A DNA stretch of 63,131 bases, filler included, from an uncultured Myxococcia bacterium (GCA_964617105.1; 3 parts of 3 records of this genome joined end to end with filler, not necessarily neighbours in it); one strand, 5' to 3'. Shown: positions 28,044 to 39,136, counted from the first letter of the whole stretch. Numbers and translations: made by a program. Notes: generated by a model not told the origin, from the letters alone.

Positions 28044-29405
28044 TTATTTGTCAAATGACCAAAACTTTTGAACAGCCAAATCCATAGCCTGCTTTTTTGT
28101 GGAAACCACCCCTTCTAATTGAGCGTCCTCCATCTCTCTTAAAATTGTGGCAAAGAGAGGTCCGGGACTAAAACCAATAGCGATTAAATCTCTGCCGTTC
28201 AACAGGGGTTTTGGCTCTCCTTCCTGTTTTTCCTCATCCTCTTTTAATCTGGTCAACTGCTGATGACAAAAGCGATAATTGGCTAATTTTTTATGACTAG
28301 CTAAACAATCGGCCCGGTGCAACTCCAGGTGTTTAGAAAAATTCTCCTGTTTTAAAAACCGTTTTAAGGTGCTGAGTTTCATTTTTTGAACATCCATAAA
28401 ACGCATATGCTGGAGTATCATTTGTTTTACCAAATTTGTTTGCCATTTGGCCAAACGGAACCGTTGGCATATTTTTTCCGCTATTTCCGCCCCTACTTTT
28501 GCATGTTGATTGAATCTTATCCGATCTCCATCTTTTTCTGCAGTAGCCGGTTTGCCAATATCGTGTAGCATAGCAGCCACTAAAAGTTCATCAGCCACCC
28601 GGGTATCCAAAGCATCGAGAGTGTTACAAGTATGAGTAAAAACATCTCCTTCCGGGTGAAATTGAGGCGGTTGCTGCATACCGATTAAAGCGGTAACTTC
28701 CGGTAGAATATTTTCTAGAAGCGCGGTATTTTGCAAATGTCGTAAGCCCTGTCCCCGACCATAATTCAAAATTTTAAATAATTCATCCCGCTTACGCTCC
28801 CAACTAATCCTGCTTATATTGGGAGCTAACTGAGTAATACTTTTTTCTACTCCCGGAGCCAGTTTAAAAGATAGTTGCCAGGAAAACCTGATAGCCCGCA
28901 TCATTCGCAAAAAATCTTCCTGAAATCGTTCTGTTGGTTTGCCAATGGTTCTGATTATCCTTTTTTTAATATCTGCCTGACCATCCACATAATCAATAAC
29001 CCGGTTGGCGCTGGGATCAAAAAAGAGGCCGTTGACAGTAAAATCGCGTCTCAAAGCGTCCTGCCGTTCCTCTACAAAGGTAACAGACTCTGGATGGCGT
29101 CCGTCCTGGTAGATTCCGTCACAACGGAAAGTGGCTACTTCCATTTGCTGGTCAGACAGGATCACCTTTACCACCCCAAATTGCGCTCCCACCATAACAG
29201 TGCGGGAAAACAGCGCTTCCACTTGACTCGGATGGGCATCGGTAGCAATATCGTAGTCTCTGGGTGCCCGACCCAAAATCATATCACGTACGCATCCTCC
29301 GGTTAAATACCCTTTGTACCCGTTTTGCTGCAAGGTATTAACTATAGCAATGGCTTGTGAGTATCCACGGCTGCATAGAGGTTGATGTAGAATTTTTCCT
29401 TCCAT
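28044..29405 (-). CDS. cca: CCA tRNA nucleotidyltransferase with HD domain
   Basis: GGCVRD, DYDIAT, RRDFTVN, EDFLRMMRAIRF, HPEGDV..HT and LHDIGKP motifs. Confidence 0.92.
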   Translation of the reverse strand: MEGKILHQPLCSRGYSQAIAIVNTLQQNGYKGYLTGGCVRDMILGRAPRDYDIATDAHPSQVEALFSRTVMVGAQFGVVKVILSDQQMEVATFRCDGIYQDGRHPESVTFVEERQDALRRDFTVNGLFFDPSANRVIDYVDGQADIKKRIIRTIGKPTERFQEDFLRMMRAIRFSWQLSFKLAPGVEKSITQLAPNISRISWERKRDELFKILNYGRGQGLRHLQNTALLENILPEVTALIGMQQPPQFHPEGDVFTHTCNTLDALDTRVADELLVAAMLHDIGKPATAEKDGDRIRFNQHAKVGAEIAEKICQRFRLAKWQTNLVKQMILQHMRFMDVQKMKLSTLKRFLKQENFSKHLELHRADCLASHKKLANYRFCHQQLTRLKEDEEKQEGEPKPLLNGRDLIAIGFSPGPLFATILREMEDAQLEGVVSTKKQAMDLAVQKFWSFDK

Positions 29406-29645
29406 TTACCTAAATCATACTATCTATTGATGTAATAGGCAATAAAACTCCCCTGTTAACTATTTTTCGGCTTAGGTGGTAAAAACTTGATTTTTTCAAA
29501 TATCACTGTTATATAATTATAGGTTTAAAATGATATAATTTTTATTCGGTAGAGGTTAACTCTCTGACTGAGAATTTGCGATGAAGTTAATTCCCGTAAT
29601 GGATATTAAACAAACAAATTATAATATTTTAGTTCGGAGGTAACT

Positions 29646-30722
29646 ATGGCTGAAACAAGTAGCAATCCACAAAATCCACTGGATGATATGGACGATTTCG
29701 ATTACCAACCAGGAGCCAGCAAAAAAAAGACCATGATTATCTTGGCGGTGATGGCTGTGGTGATTGTAGGCGGGTCAATTGCTTACTATATTTCTTCCAT
29801 GATTCCCGAAGAAGCAATTAATATGTCTAAAGAAGCCCGAAAACATTATTACCGCGACTCGCTAACCGAATTTAAAGTGGCTGAAGAAAAATACCAAAAG
29901 GCCATCCAAGTGGCGGGCGGTAATTATCCAGATGCTACAGCCATGCTGGCTAATGTTTTTATCACCAGAGGTGAGTATATGTCATTGATTGCCTCTGAAA
30001 AGAAGAAAAAGTATGACCGCATGGTCAAACTTATGGAACAGGACCCAAAACTTTTCCCGGAGGAAGAGGTTAAAAAGTTTGCCGCCGAGATTGAGGAACA
30101 GTTTAAGAAAGCCAGTTCCGAAAAAGAGAAGGGATTCAAACTGATTAAAGAGGTGATGAGTTTGGCAGCGGAGAATTTTACCATTCAACTCTCTATGGCC
30201 GATTATTACCGGATAAAAGAGGAATACTCAAAACTTAATGATATTTATTACAATGCCGATATTCTGGATCCCAGCGCTGGCATTCTCTTTTATGTCAAGG
30301 GTGCGGTAACCCTGCAAAAATATGGCTCCTCCAAAAAAAATGCTGCAAAATTACACGAAGCCAAATCGTTATTGAAAAAAGCAGTAGATCAAAAACCAGA
30401 CATGTTAAAAGGAAGGGTAAAACTTGCCATCGTGTATAGCAAATTGAAAGAGTATGAGAATGCTTATCACGAAACTGAAAAGATTTTAAAAGATAATCCC
30501 GACCATGAAGTAGCCAAATTAATGAGAGAAAACCTGTTGTACCAGTTGGAACTGGATAAGAAACAGGCAGAAGCAAACAGACAAATCATCGATGCACTGA
30601 AAAAAGAGAAAGAGGAGTCCAAAACCGAGCAAGAAAAAAAGATTGAAGAGGCGGAAAAAGAGATTGAGAAGAAAAAATCCCAAAAAAAACCGCGGCGCAG
30701 AAGAGGCAGAAAAAAACGGTAA
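29646..30722 (+). CDS. Membrane-anchored TPR protein with charged C-terminal tail
   Basis: Single TM near the N-terminus, TPR-like helices, K/E coiled coil and R-rich end; GGAGG RBS. Confidence 0.65.
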   Translation: MAETSSNPQNPLDDMDDFDYQPGASKKKTMIILAVMAVVIVGGSIAYYISSMIPEEAINMSKEARKHYYRDSLTEFKVAEEKYQKAIQVAGGNYPDATAMLANVFITRGEYMSLIASEKKKKYDRMVKLMEQDPKLFPEEEVKKFAAEIEEQFKKASSEKEKGFKLIKEVMSLAAENFTIQLSMADYYRIKEEYSKLNDIYYNADILDPSAGILFYVKGAVTLQKYGSSKKNAAKLHEAKSLLKKAVDQKPDMLKGRVKLAIVYSKLKEYENAYHETEKILKDNPDHEVAKLMRENLLYQLELDKKQAEANRQIIDALKKEKEESKTEQEKKIEEAEKEIEKKKSQKKPRRRRGRKKR

Positions 30723-30767
30723 AAGGTAAAACTTCAAGATAATAATCCTTGGCAATTCGAAATTTCG

Positions 30768-30801
30768 ATCCCCGTTTCCGGTATGGAAGCGGGGATTTTT
30801 T
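30768..30801 (+). terminator. Intrinsic terminator
   Basis: ATCCCCGTTTCC-GGTAT-GGAAGCGGGGAT plus T-run. Confidence 0.8.
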
Positions 30802-30820
30802 ACATGGAGAGATACTATAG

Positions 30821-32640
30821 ATGAAGAAAAGCAAATTTTATGCTGGTTTTATAGCCTTGAGCTTTTTATTGTGCTTTTTTCTTTTATTGTCAGCCTGTGA
30901 CGAGGATGAAGAAATTACCTCTGGCCATCCCCGCATCTCAACTAATCCCAGGTCGGTTGATTTCGGAGAGGTCACCAAAGGTGATGAGATTGAACTCTCT
31001 TTGATAATTAGCAATCAAGGCGGAGCCACCTTAGAAATAACTTCCAAACGTTTAGAGTTTGCCGGTAACTTTTCAGCGGAACTGGATAAGATCCCTGCCA
31101 CCTTGGAACCTCAGCAGAGTGTGACTATTAAAATCAAATTCAACGCTCCGGAAACTTTGCGCAAATACGGAACTACTCTTTTTATCGAAAGTAATGATCC
31201 CGCCAACCCTGAATATGCTGTCAGCATCGATGCTCTTGTGGTATTGCAGGCTATTCCCAAGATACGGGTTATATGTATACCGCCGGGTATAGAGAGTGAG
31301 GNNNNNNNNNNGAAAATGGAACCGATAACTGTATCCTGTTAAATTTCGGCAATGTTAAACAGACCGGCCAGGTGGAAGCAAAAATATCGGTATCAAATAT
31401 GGGCAGCGGCACCCTGGTAATCACCCAGGTAGATTTAAACAGTCAAGGCTCCAATAATCCCTTCTCTTTTAAAGAGCAAGTGCAGGTTCCATTTTCTCTT
31501 CGCAGGTACGAAAAAAACGTGATCAGTCTTTTGTACACCCCTTCCACTGCCACCTCCGATACCGGAACTGTAGTATTTAAGACCAATGATCAACAGCATA
31601 AACAATGGACTATCAATATTTGGGCGGGTAATCCGGCCGGTAAAATTCAAATTTGTGTTTTTGTTCAAGACGGCAACAAAGAGTGTAACAATTTGTCCAT
31701 AACTTTTCCGGAAACTGCACTTAATAAGAGTGCTTCAGCCAGGCTATTGGTAGGCAATATCGGGGTGGGTGATTTGCTGGTAAATTCTATCAAAACCAAT
31801 ACCACTGGTGGTGGAGATCAGGTTTTTGAGGTAAATTCTCCACAGGCAGCCCCCTTTACCCTTAAATCTCAAAGCGAAGTGGAATTATCGGCAAATTACA
31901 AACCGGTCAAAGCGGGCCAAGATAAGGGAACATTGACAGTGGAAAGCGATGACCCGGACAATCCCAAAATGGAAATAAAATTGGCGGGAGGCCAATTTCC
32001 GGACATTGATATCGCCCCTTCGGTGTTGGCTTTTGGTAAAATTGATATCGGCAAAAGTGCCGAACTGGCCATTACTATTTCCAATAGCGGCAGAGCGGAC
32101 CTGATCATCGACAAAGTGCAGTTGCAACAAAATTCTTCGGATGAATTCAGCATCCCTGCTCTGGAGTCTTCCCTGCCCTATACTATTGCTCCTCAGAATT
32201 CAAAAGATTTTATGGTAAGATATGAAAGTAAATATGCCACTGCCAACAAGATGGCTACTCTGGAAATATCCAGCAACGATCCGGATCTCAGTGAAAATCC
32301 ATATCTGATCAATGTTTCAGCCCAATCAGAAGTGAATTTGCCGCCAGTGGCGAACATAACCGTTCCCAACGATGTTATTTACGGTTATGACCTGCAAACT
32401 CCAACAGATATAATGCTAGATGGAAGTAAAAGTTCTGATAGAGAGGGCAGTCCCCTGACCTACAAGTGGGAGATGATCAAAAAGCCGCTTGGAAGCAAAT
32501 CGGATCTAGCCTCTACTGACAAGGTGTCCACCACATTTAAAGCAGATCAGTGGGGCAGTTACACTATCGGACTGATAGTTTTCGACAATTATAAGCAGGC
32601 CAGTGGACAGGCCACCAAAAGCCTTAGCATTAACCAGTAA
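30821..32640 (+). CDS. Lipoprotein with 4 ASH/choice-of-anchor-D Ig-like repeats and C-terminal PKD-like domain (one gene split by a 10-N gap at 31302-31311)
   Basis: Lipobox LSAC; repeated F(G)...I.N.G...L.I...S(N/D)D(P); sequence after the gap (ENGTDNCILLNFGNV) is in frame with ORF 31372; LDGSKSSD..G..LTYKW. Confidence 0.8.
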
Positions 32641-32843
32641 AACTGATTGAAAACCAGGCTGAATATTTTTCAGGACAATGACTAATTATCATAATTTCTT
32701 TGCTTGACTTTTTAAATCTGTTGGTATAGTATTTTTATGTTCTAAATTCATTATACTTAACTAGATAGGACTCTTGACTTCGATCAAGGGATCAAGTCAA
32801 CTTCTTTTATTTCTTGAATATAGAGAAAGGAAGGGATTAACCA

Positions 32844-33230
32844 GTGCCAGTTACACCAGAAATGAAAATATTGATTGTAGATGACTTCTCTACCATGAGA
32901 AGAATTATCAAAAATATTCTCAAACAATTGGGATTCACAAATGTAATAGAAGCGGATGACGGTACTACTGGACTGGACAAACTCCGTTCTGAACCGGTAG
33001 ATTTTGTTATTTTAGATTGGAATATGCCTAAAATGACCGGTATTGAGCTATTACGTACCATGAGAGCCGATGAAGCATTAAAAGGTATTCCGGTTTTAAT
33101 GGTTACTGCGGAAGCCCAAAAAGAGAACGTGGTAGAAGCTGTCCAGGCTGGAGTCAATAACTATATTGTCAAGCCTTTTACTGCTGAAACCATGAAAGAA
33201 AAAATTGATAAGATTTTTATTAATCGCTAA
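32844..33230 (+). CDS. cheY: Chemotaxis response regulator CheY
   Basis: [24 protein letters not shown] and YIVKPF motifs. Confidence 0.93.
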   Translation: MPVTPEMKILIVDDFSTMRRIIKNILKQLGFTNVIEADDGTTGLDKLRSEPVDFVILDWNMPKMTGIELLRTMRADEALKGIPVLMVTAEAQKENVVEAVQAGVNNYIVKPFTAETMKEKIDKIFINR

Positions 33231-33285
33231 ATTCTCGCTATGCTTTCGATATAATTGCTATTCCAGGCTATCGAAATAGTATCAG

Positions 33286-33969
33286 TTATAGACGCTCGCT
33301 ATCACGATAACTGATATAGCAGTCATTTCCCACAATAATATGATCTAAAAAGCGGCTAGAAAATATTTCAGCCGCTTTTTTTAACTGCTGAGTAAAACTA
33401 TCATCCTGATAACTAGGTGAAGAATCGCCGGAAGGATGGTTATGAACAATTATCATTCCAACGGCTGATTCCTCCAAAACCAGGGCGAATATTTCCCGTA
33501 TTGATGCATGGCAATAATTGTACCCACCCTCAGCCAAAAGCACCTCTTTGATAAGTCGGTTTTTATTATCCAAAAGAAGAAGATAGACTTGCTCTTTTTT
33601 CATCCCTTTAAAACGAAGGTGAAAACGGCGATATACCTGTAAACTGCTACAAAATGAAAACCCTGGAGTATATTTTTCCTCTTCAAGGCGTTGGGCCAAT
33701 TCAAAGGCTGCTTTTACACAACATACTTTTGCCGGTCCCATCCCTTTGATTTTTAGCAATTGGGATGATTTAGACTGGGACAAATTGGCCAGAGATTTTG
33801 TATTGGAGATCAAATTTCTGGCCAACTGAATAGCATCTATTTTGTAACTGCCGCCGTTTCGCAACAAAATGCCTAAAAGTTCTGCATTAGTCAATGATTC
33901 CGCCCCGTTTTTCAAAAGCCGTTCCCGGGGACGTAGATTTTGGGGCCAATGTTTAATTGAATAAGCCAT
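33286..33969 (-). CDS. radC: RadC / UPF0758 JAB-domain protein
   Basis: RPRERL, HhH (KGMGPAK), HNHPSGD..PS..D and LDHIIVG motifs; start at ATG 33969. Confidence 0.92.
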   Translation of the reverse strand: MAYSIKHWPQNLRPRERLLKNGAESLTNAELLGILLRNGGSYKIDAIQLARNLISNTKSLANLSQSKSSQLLKIKGMGPAKVCCVKAAFELAQRLEEEKYTPGFSFCSSLQVYRRFHLRFKGMKKEQVYLLLLDNKNRLIKEVLLAEGGYNYCHASIREIFALVLEESAVGMIIVHNHPSGDSSPSYQDDSFTQQLKKAAEIFSSRFLDHIIVGNDCYISYRDSERL

Positions 33970-33984
33970 ACTCAGTTCCTTTAT

Positions 33985-34000
33985 AGCAATATATGTGCCA
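33985..34000 (-). promoter_or_regulatory. sigma54 (-24/-12) promoter upstream of radC
   Basis: Minus strand TGGCAC-ATATA-TTGCT, matching the consensus. Confidence 0.6.
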
Positions 34001-34062
34001 TTCACTAATATAACCACCTCCTTCGCAGCATGACTCACTGTGCAGGTTAGAAGCTAAATGAA

Positions 34063-34127
34063 GTGTCCGGACACTGTCCAGGACTGTCAAATTATATTTG
34101 ACAAAAAATCAGAAATAGACATATAAT
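34063..34127. promoter_or_regulatory. Palindromes GTGTCCGGACAC and TGTCAAAT-TAT-ATTTGACA plus sigma70 promoter for the HDOD gene
   Basis: Inverted repeats at 34063-34074 and 34085-34103; TTGACA (34098)-N18-TATAAT (34122). Confidence 0.6.
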
Positions 34128-34255
34128 AAATTCCTTTTAGAAAATAATAAGATTTTGTAGGAAACTTTAAAATTCAACCTGGATTTTCCATCTAAAAATC
34201 TGGTTGGTACCGATTAGTAAAAGCCTCTTGTAGATAGACGGATTGGGGTAAAAAA

Positions 34256-35167
34256 ATGCGAAAAGTTGCTGATTCTAACGATTTTGATCTTTTTCTCGAT
34301 GAAGACCTGGAACGCAAACAGAAAATTGACAAACTTTTAGGTAAAGTTGAAAAACTCGATATGCTACCCCAGGTGGCCCAAAAGATCATGGCGCTAACTA
34401 ATGATCCCAGGTCGAAAATAACCGATTTGGAAAAAGCCATAAATTCAGACCAGGCCTTGATGGCCAAAATACTGATGATTTCTAACTCTGCAATTTATGG
34501 GTTGGAACGAGAAGTTAAAACCTTACGCAGAGCCATAGTGGTGTTGGGGTTCAAAGAACTGAAAGATATTGCTATCTCTGCAGCACTTCTGGATATGTAT
34601 GGACGGATTGGAGAAATTGCCCTGGCCAATTGGGATCATGCGGTAGGAGTTGCTATCTCTGCCCGGGTAATCTCTTTGCAGACTGAAGAGATCGAGACTG
34701 ATGAAACCTTTATCGCAGGTCTTATGCACGATTTGGGCAAAGTGATATTTTATAAATTATGCCCCGATGACTACCAGAAAGTTTTCAGGGCCTACAATGA
34801 TCGCGAAGGCGATTCTATTACCGTGGAAGAAAATATATTTGGTTTTAACCATACCGAACTGGGCGCAGCTGTAGCCAGATTTTGGAATTTTTCCGATGTG
34901 ATTCAAAAGGTAGTTCGCTTTCACCACTCCCCAGTCGCCACCTATAGTAACAATTTTACCCTGATGGAGAAATGGACAGTGGCTATTGTCAATCTGGCTG
35001 ACCGTTTTTGCCACAAATTAGGGATAGGCCTGAAGTATCCAGAGCCAAACATCAATCTTTTTAACTCCGAAGCCAACAAAATATTAAAACTAGAAGAGGA
35101 TCGAATTCAGTGGGTCACTGAAACTATCAAAATGAGATTTTTTGAAGATAAGTCGCTGTTCATGTAA
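34256..35167 (+). CDS. HDOD domain protein
   Basis: LPQVA, DQALMAKIL..SNSA.Y, AIVVLG, W.HA, AGLMHDLGK, HTELG and HHSP motifs. Confidence 0.92.
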   Translation: MRKVADSNDFDLFLDEDLERKQKIDKLLGKVEKLDMLPQVAQKIMALTNDPRSKITDLEKAINSDQALMAKILMISNSAIYGLEREVKTLRRAIVVLGFKELKDIAISAALLDMYGRIGEIALANWDHAVGVAISARVISLQTEEIETDETFIAGLMHDLGKVIFYKLCPDDYQKVFRAYNDREGDSITVEENIFGFNHTELGAAVARFWNFSDVIQKVVRFHHSPVATYSNNFTLMEKWTVAIVNLADRFCHKLGIGLKYPEPNINLFNSEANKILKLEEDRIQWVTETIKMRFFEDKSLFM

Positions 35168-35235
35168 AATTCAACCGAAAACCAACTTAAATCTAACCCA
35201 ACCTGACCCCGGACCGTGAAAGGAATTAAGTAACC

Positions 35236-36015
35236 ATGTTAACCCTGACCGATACCCCAGCTGAACTGGACGATCTGGCCCAAAATATGAAAAGTTTACT
35301 TCGGGATGTTTTAGACGCTATCCCTCCAAAAAAAATTAATGCTACTATTAACGCTCAAGAAGAACCTCTTACCTACGACAACACCTCTATCTACTATATC
35401 AAAGACGGTGTTTTTAAACTGTTTTGCGGCGGCAAACTGGTGAGATTTTTCATGGAAGGGGATCTGGTAGGTTTGGAAAGATTTTTTGGTTATTCGAACA
35501 ATGTTCAAGTGGTCAATGAATTCGGCGCCCTGGTAGATATTTATCACGGACCTACCTTTTATAAAAATCTCTATAGAAGCAATGATGCCTGGAAAAAGTG
35601 GGAACAATATACAGCCGCCCAAATTTATCTAACCGAACAAATAGCCGCCCTCTATATAAGTGAAGATATTAAGCCCAGTATCTCAATGCAAAACTTCGCC
35701 CCCGGCGATGTGATTATTGAAGAGGGAAGTATGGCCGAAGATATCTACGATATGATAAACGGAGTGGCGGATGTCTTTTTTGAAGACAAAAAAGTGGGTG
35801 AGGTCGGAGCAAAAGAGGTATTCGGAGAAATCAGTTTTCTCACCGGTCAAAAACGATCCGCCAGCATGATCGCCCAGACTCCCTGTCTGGTTTCGGTAAT
35901 CAAAGGATGTGAATTCAAACTGCTGATGAAATACCGGCCCCAACTGGTATTAAAGATAGCCAGGGGATTGGCTAAACGGGTAGTTGATCTCAATTTAAAA
36001 GTTGCCAACCTCTAA
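35236..36015 (+). CDS. Tandem cyclic-nucleotide-binding domain protein
   Basis: C-terminal FGEISFLTGQKRSAS motif; degenerate N-terminal cNMP domain. Confidence 0.8.
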   Translation: MLTLTDTPAELDDLAQNMKSLLRDVLDAIPPKKINATINAQEEPLTYDNTSIYYIKDGVFKLFCGGKLVRFFMEGDLVGLERFFGYSNNVQVVNEFGALVDIYHGPTFYKNLYRSNDAWKKWEQYTAAQIYLTEQIAALYISEDIKPSISMQNFAPGDVIIEEGSMAEDIYDMINGVADVFFEDKKVGEVGAKEVFGEISFLTGQKRSASMIAQTPCLVSVIKGCEFKLLMKYRPQLVLKIARGLAKRVVDLNLKVANL

Positions 36016-36042
36016 TATACATTTTTTTTTATCATATAACCT

Positions 36043-38025
36043 ATGCCTATTGATCAGCCCACAATTCTTACTATCGACGATGAACCCATTGTTATTATGG
36101 CCTTGAAACTCTGCCTGGAGGACGAAGGATATCAAATTTTCTCAGCCCCAAATGGGAAAGAGGGGTTAGAGATTTTTAAGCAAATCAATCCACAAATTAT
36201 TATATTAGACTTGAAAATGCCTGTTATGAACAGCATGAAATTCCTGGAAAATATTGATCATAATCCTCAGGATTCGTACGCCATTATTGTCCTTACCGGT
36301 CATGGAGACAATGAAGATGATGTGGAAAAATGCTTTTCCAGAGGGGTTAGCGCTTTTGTCCGTAAACCATTTAGTGAAATTGAGTTAAAAGGCTCTATTA
36401 GAAACTCGCTGGCTCTGCTTCAATACCAAAGAGAATTGTCAGACGCCGAAAACAAAACCGCAATCGCCAGCCAGGCCAAAAGTGAATTTCTGGCTAATAT
36501 GAGTCACGAAATTCGTACCCCGTTGAATGTTATTTTAGGAATGGCGGACTTGTTATTGGATTCTGAATTGAACCGGGCACAGCAAATTTATGTCCGCTCT
36601 TTTCAGAAAGCCGGAATAAATTTGCTGAACATTATCAGGGGCATTTTCGATCTCACCAAAATTGAGAAAAATCAACTGGCCATTGCCAGAGAGGTATTTG
36701 ATCTTTGTGACTTGATTAAAAGAGTGTCTGATATCACAGCGATTAGCGCTCATGGCAAAGGTCTGGAGATGATCTGCCGTATCGAATCAGGACTTCCTCA
36801 CTTTCTGGAAGGCGACCCTTTCCGAATACGGCAAGTTCTGCTTTACCTGCTGGACAATGCAGTGAAATTCACAACCCATGGAGAAATAATCCTGGATGTA
36901 AAAAAATGTAGTAAAAATAGCGGGTCCAAAAATATATCGCTCATGTTTTCGGTGCGAGACACGGGAGTGGGTATTGCTCCTGACAAACTACAAAATATTT
37001 TTCAAGTGTTTTCGCAAGGAGATATCTCTTCCAGCAAACAGCACCAGGGGGCAGGCCTGGGCTTGACCTTAGCCCAAAAATTAACCCTTCTGATGAACGG
37101 ACAAATAGAAGTAACGTGCCCTCAATCGGGAGGTACTATCTTCAATTTCACCCTGCCCTTAGATCGGTTAGAAACAAAAAAGCCAACCAAAATTGCTGAT
37201 TTAAACCTGAATGGGATAAACATCCTCTTAGCAGAAGAGAACCAAACCAACAGTAATTACCTGGCAGAAATAATACTAGGCTGGGGCGCCAAAGTGGCTA
37301 CAAGCCATAGTTGCGAAGCCAGTTATTCATTACTGGAAAAATCCAGTTTCGATTTAATCTTAATAGATAGCAAATTGACCGGTTCGGGTTGCCAAAATTT
37401 TCTGCAGTTCTTAAATGAGCATACCGGGGATAAAAAGCCCCGGACCATTATCATGCTACCTTCCAACTTTTCCAAACAGCAAATCCAAAATATCAGCAAT
37501 TGTAATGATACCGACTATCTGCTCAAGCCTATAAAATTGGATGAACTACAGGACAAAATATTTCAAAGCCTTTCTATGCCAATGCAAGCCTCTGTAAATA
37601 TGGTGGATAGAGTGGATAAAACATCAAAAAATGGCAGTCCACCAAAGCCGAAAATCCTATTAGCAGAAGATTCTGAAGATAATGTTCTTCTGGCCCTGGC
37701 TTTTTTAAAAAAGGTTGTCAGCTCGATAGAGGTGGCAAAAAATGGTCAAGAAGCAGTGGAAAAATTTAAAGATGGTAATTTTGACCTGGTTTTGATGGAT
37801 ATGCAGATGCCAATAATGGATGGATATGAAGCCACCAAAAAAATCAGAGAAATTGAAGCCGAAAGAGGGGGCAAAAAAACGCCGATTATAGCTTTGACCG
37901 CCTATGCCCTGGACGAAGAAGAGCGCAAGAGCCTGGCAGCAGGATGTGAAGTTCACATGCCCAAACCGTTCAAGAAAAAAATGTTAATTGAAACAATTCA
38001 ATCTATTCTCTCAACGAATAACTGA
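36043..38025 (+). CDS. Hybrid histidine kinase (REC-HisKA-HATPase-REC-REC)
   Basis: FLANMSHEIRTPLN, DTGVGI and GAGLGL motifs; receiver domains. Confidence 0.92.
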   Translation: MPIDQPTILTIDDEPIVIMALKLCLEDEGYQIFSAPNGKEGLEIFKQINPQIIILDLKMPVMNSMKFLENIDHNPQDSYAIIVLTGHGDNEDDVEKCFSRGVSAFVRKPFSEIELKGSIRNSLALLQYQRELSDAENKTAIASQAKSEFLANMSHEIRTPLNVILGMADLLLDSELNRAQQIYVRSFQKAGINLLNIIRGIFDLTKIEKNQLAIAREVFDLCDLIKRVSDITAISAHGKGLEMICRIESGLPHFLEGDPFRIRQVLLYLLDNAVKFTTHGEIILDVKKCSKNSGSKNISLMFSVRDTGVGIAPDKLQNIFQVFSQGDISSSKQHQGAGLGLTLAQKLTLLMNGQIEVTCPQSGGTIFNFTLPLDRLETKKPTKIADLNLNGINILLAEENQTNSNYLAEIILGWGAKVATSHSCEASYSLLEKSSFDLILIDSKLTGSGCQNFLQFLNEHTGDKKPRTIIMLPSNFSKQQIQNISNCNDTDYLLKPIKLDELQDKIFQSLSMPMQASVNMVDRVDKTSKNGSPPKPKILLAEDSEDNVLLALAFLKKVVSSIEVAKNGQEAVEKFKDGNFDLVLMDMQMPIMDGYEATKKIREIEAERGGKKTPIIALTAYALDEEERKSLAAGCEVHMPKPFKKKMLIETIQSILSTNN

Positions 38026-38152
38026 ATCTTCAATGAAGTAAAGATAGTTGTAAGATATAAAATGGCATAGTATTATATAAATTTTGGCTAAAATAGTTCT
38101 AGTCAATCAGGGTGAACACTACATATTTTATAGAAATTAATAAGGATAATAT

Positions 38153-39118
38153 ATGGCAAATGACAACATTCAAGCCCAGATTGTAGTTGCCGATGACAAT
38201 CCCCAGAACCTGGAACTTTTATCCAACCTGCTGTCCATGGAAAATTTTCAAGTAATCGAGGCAGAAGACGGCGAAGAGGCTCTAAGAAAAATAGACCCCA
38301 ATCAAACCGACTTGATTATTTTGGACATTATGATGCCGAAGATGGACGGATACGAGGCCTGTAGACGGTTAAAGGAACGCCCCGAAACCAGGTTTATCCC
38401 GGTTATTTTACTTACCGCCCTTGATGATCTTTCCAACCGGATTAAGGGATTTGAAGTCAATGCTGAGGACTACCTGGTCAAACCCTTTAATCGCTTTGAA
38501 CTTATCGCCCGGGTAAAATCACTAATTAAGATGAGGCGGCTGGTTAAAATGCTGGATGACGCCGAGAGTGTTATTTTCTCCCTGGCCAAGGCGGTTGAGG
38601 CCAAGGACAGTTATACTGAGGGGCACATTGAAAGAGTAAGTAACTTTGCGGTCTCCCTGGGCAGAGAGTTAAATCTGAGCAAAGCGGAAACTTTTGCCCT
38701 TCGCCGTGGTGGCATACTCCATGATGTAGGCAAAATCGGTATTCGCGATTCGATTCTAAACAAACCGGGCCGGCTTACCGATCAAGAACGCGACGAAATG
38801 ACGAAACACCCGGTAATCGGCGAACAAATCTGTAGCCCATTGCGCTCCATGGATCGCGCCTTGTTGGCAATTATCAGGGGCCATCACGAAAAATTGGATG
38901 GCACCGGTTATCCCGATAAGTTAAGGGCTGAAGAGATTTCTGTGGTTACCAGAATTATGTCCATTGTGGATGTTTATGACGCCCTCACCTCCGATCGCCC
39001 ATACCGGAAAGGGATGACCAGCGAACGCGCCTTTGAAATACTCTATATTGAGTCTAAAAAAGGATGGTGGGATACGGAGATACTAGATAAATTCAGTCAA
39101 TTGATCAATGGGAGTTGA
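38153..39118 (+). CDS. Response regulator with HD-GYP c-di-GMP phosphodiesterase domain (RpfG-like)
   Basis: REC domain plus LHDVGK, HHEKLDGTGYP and DVYDAL..DRPY motifs. Confidence 0.93.
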   Translation: MANDNIQAQIVVADDNPQNLELLSNLLSMENFQVIEAEDGEEALRKIDPNQTDLIILDIMMPKMDGYEACRRLKERPETRFIPVILLTALDDLSNRIKGFEVNAEDYLVKPFNRFELIARVKSLIKMRRLVKMLDDAESVIFSLAKAVEAKDSYTEGHIERVSNFAVSLGRELNLSKAETFALRRGGILHDVGKIGIRDSILNKPGRLTDQERDEMTKHPVIGEQICSPLRSMDRALLAIIRGHHEKLDGTGYPDKLRAEEISVVTRIMSIVDVYDALTSDRPYRKGMTSERAFEILYIESKKGWWDTEILDKFSQLINGS

Positions 39119-39136
39119 ACAATCATATTTATTTTC

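Noticed and set aside
33286-33969. radC as a marker of a prophage or ICE
   Set aside because: Full-length chromosomal-type radC with HhH domain; no integrase, att sites or phage genes nearby.
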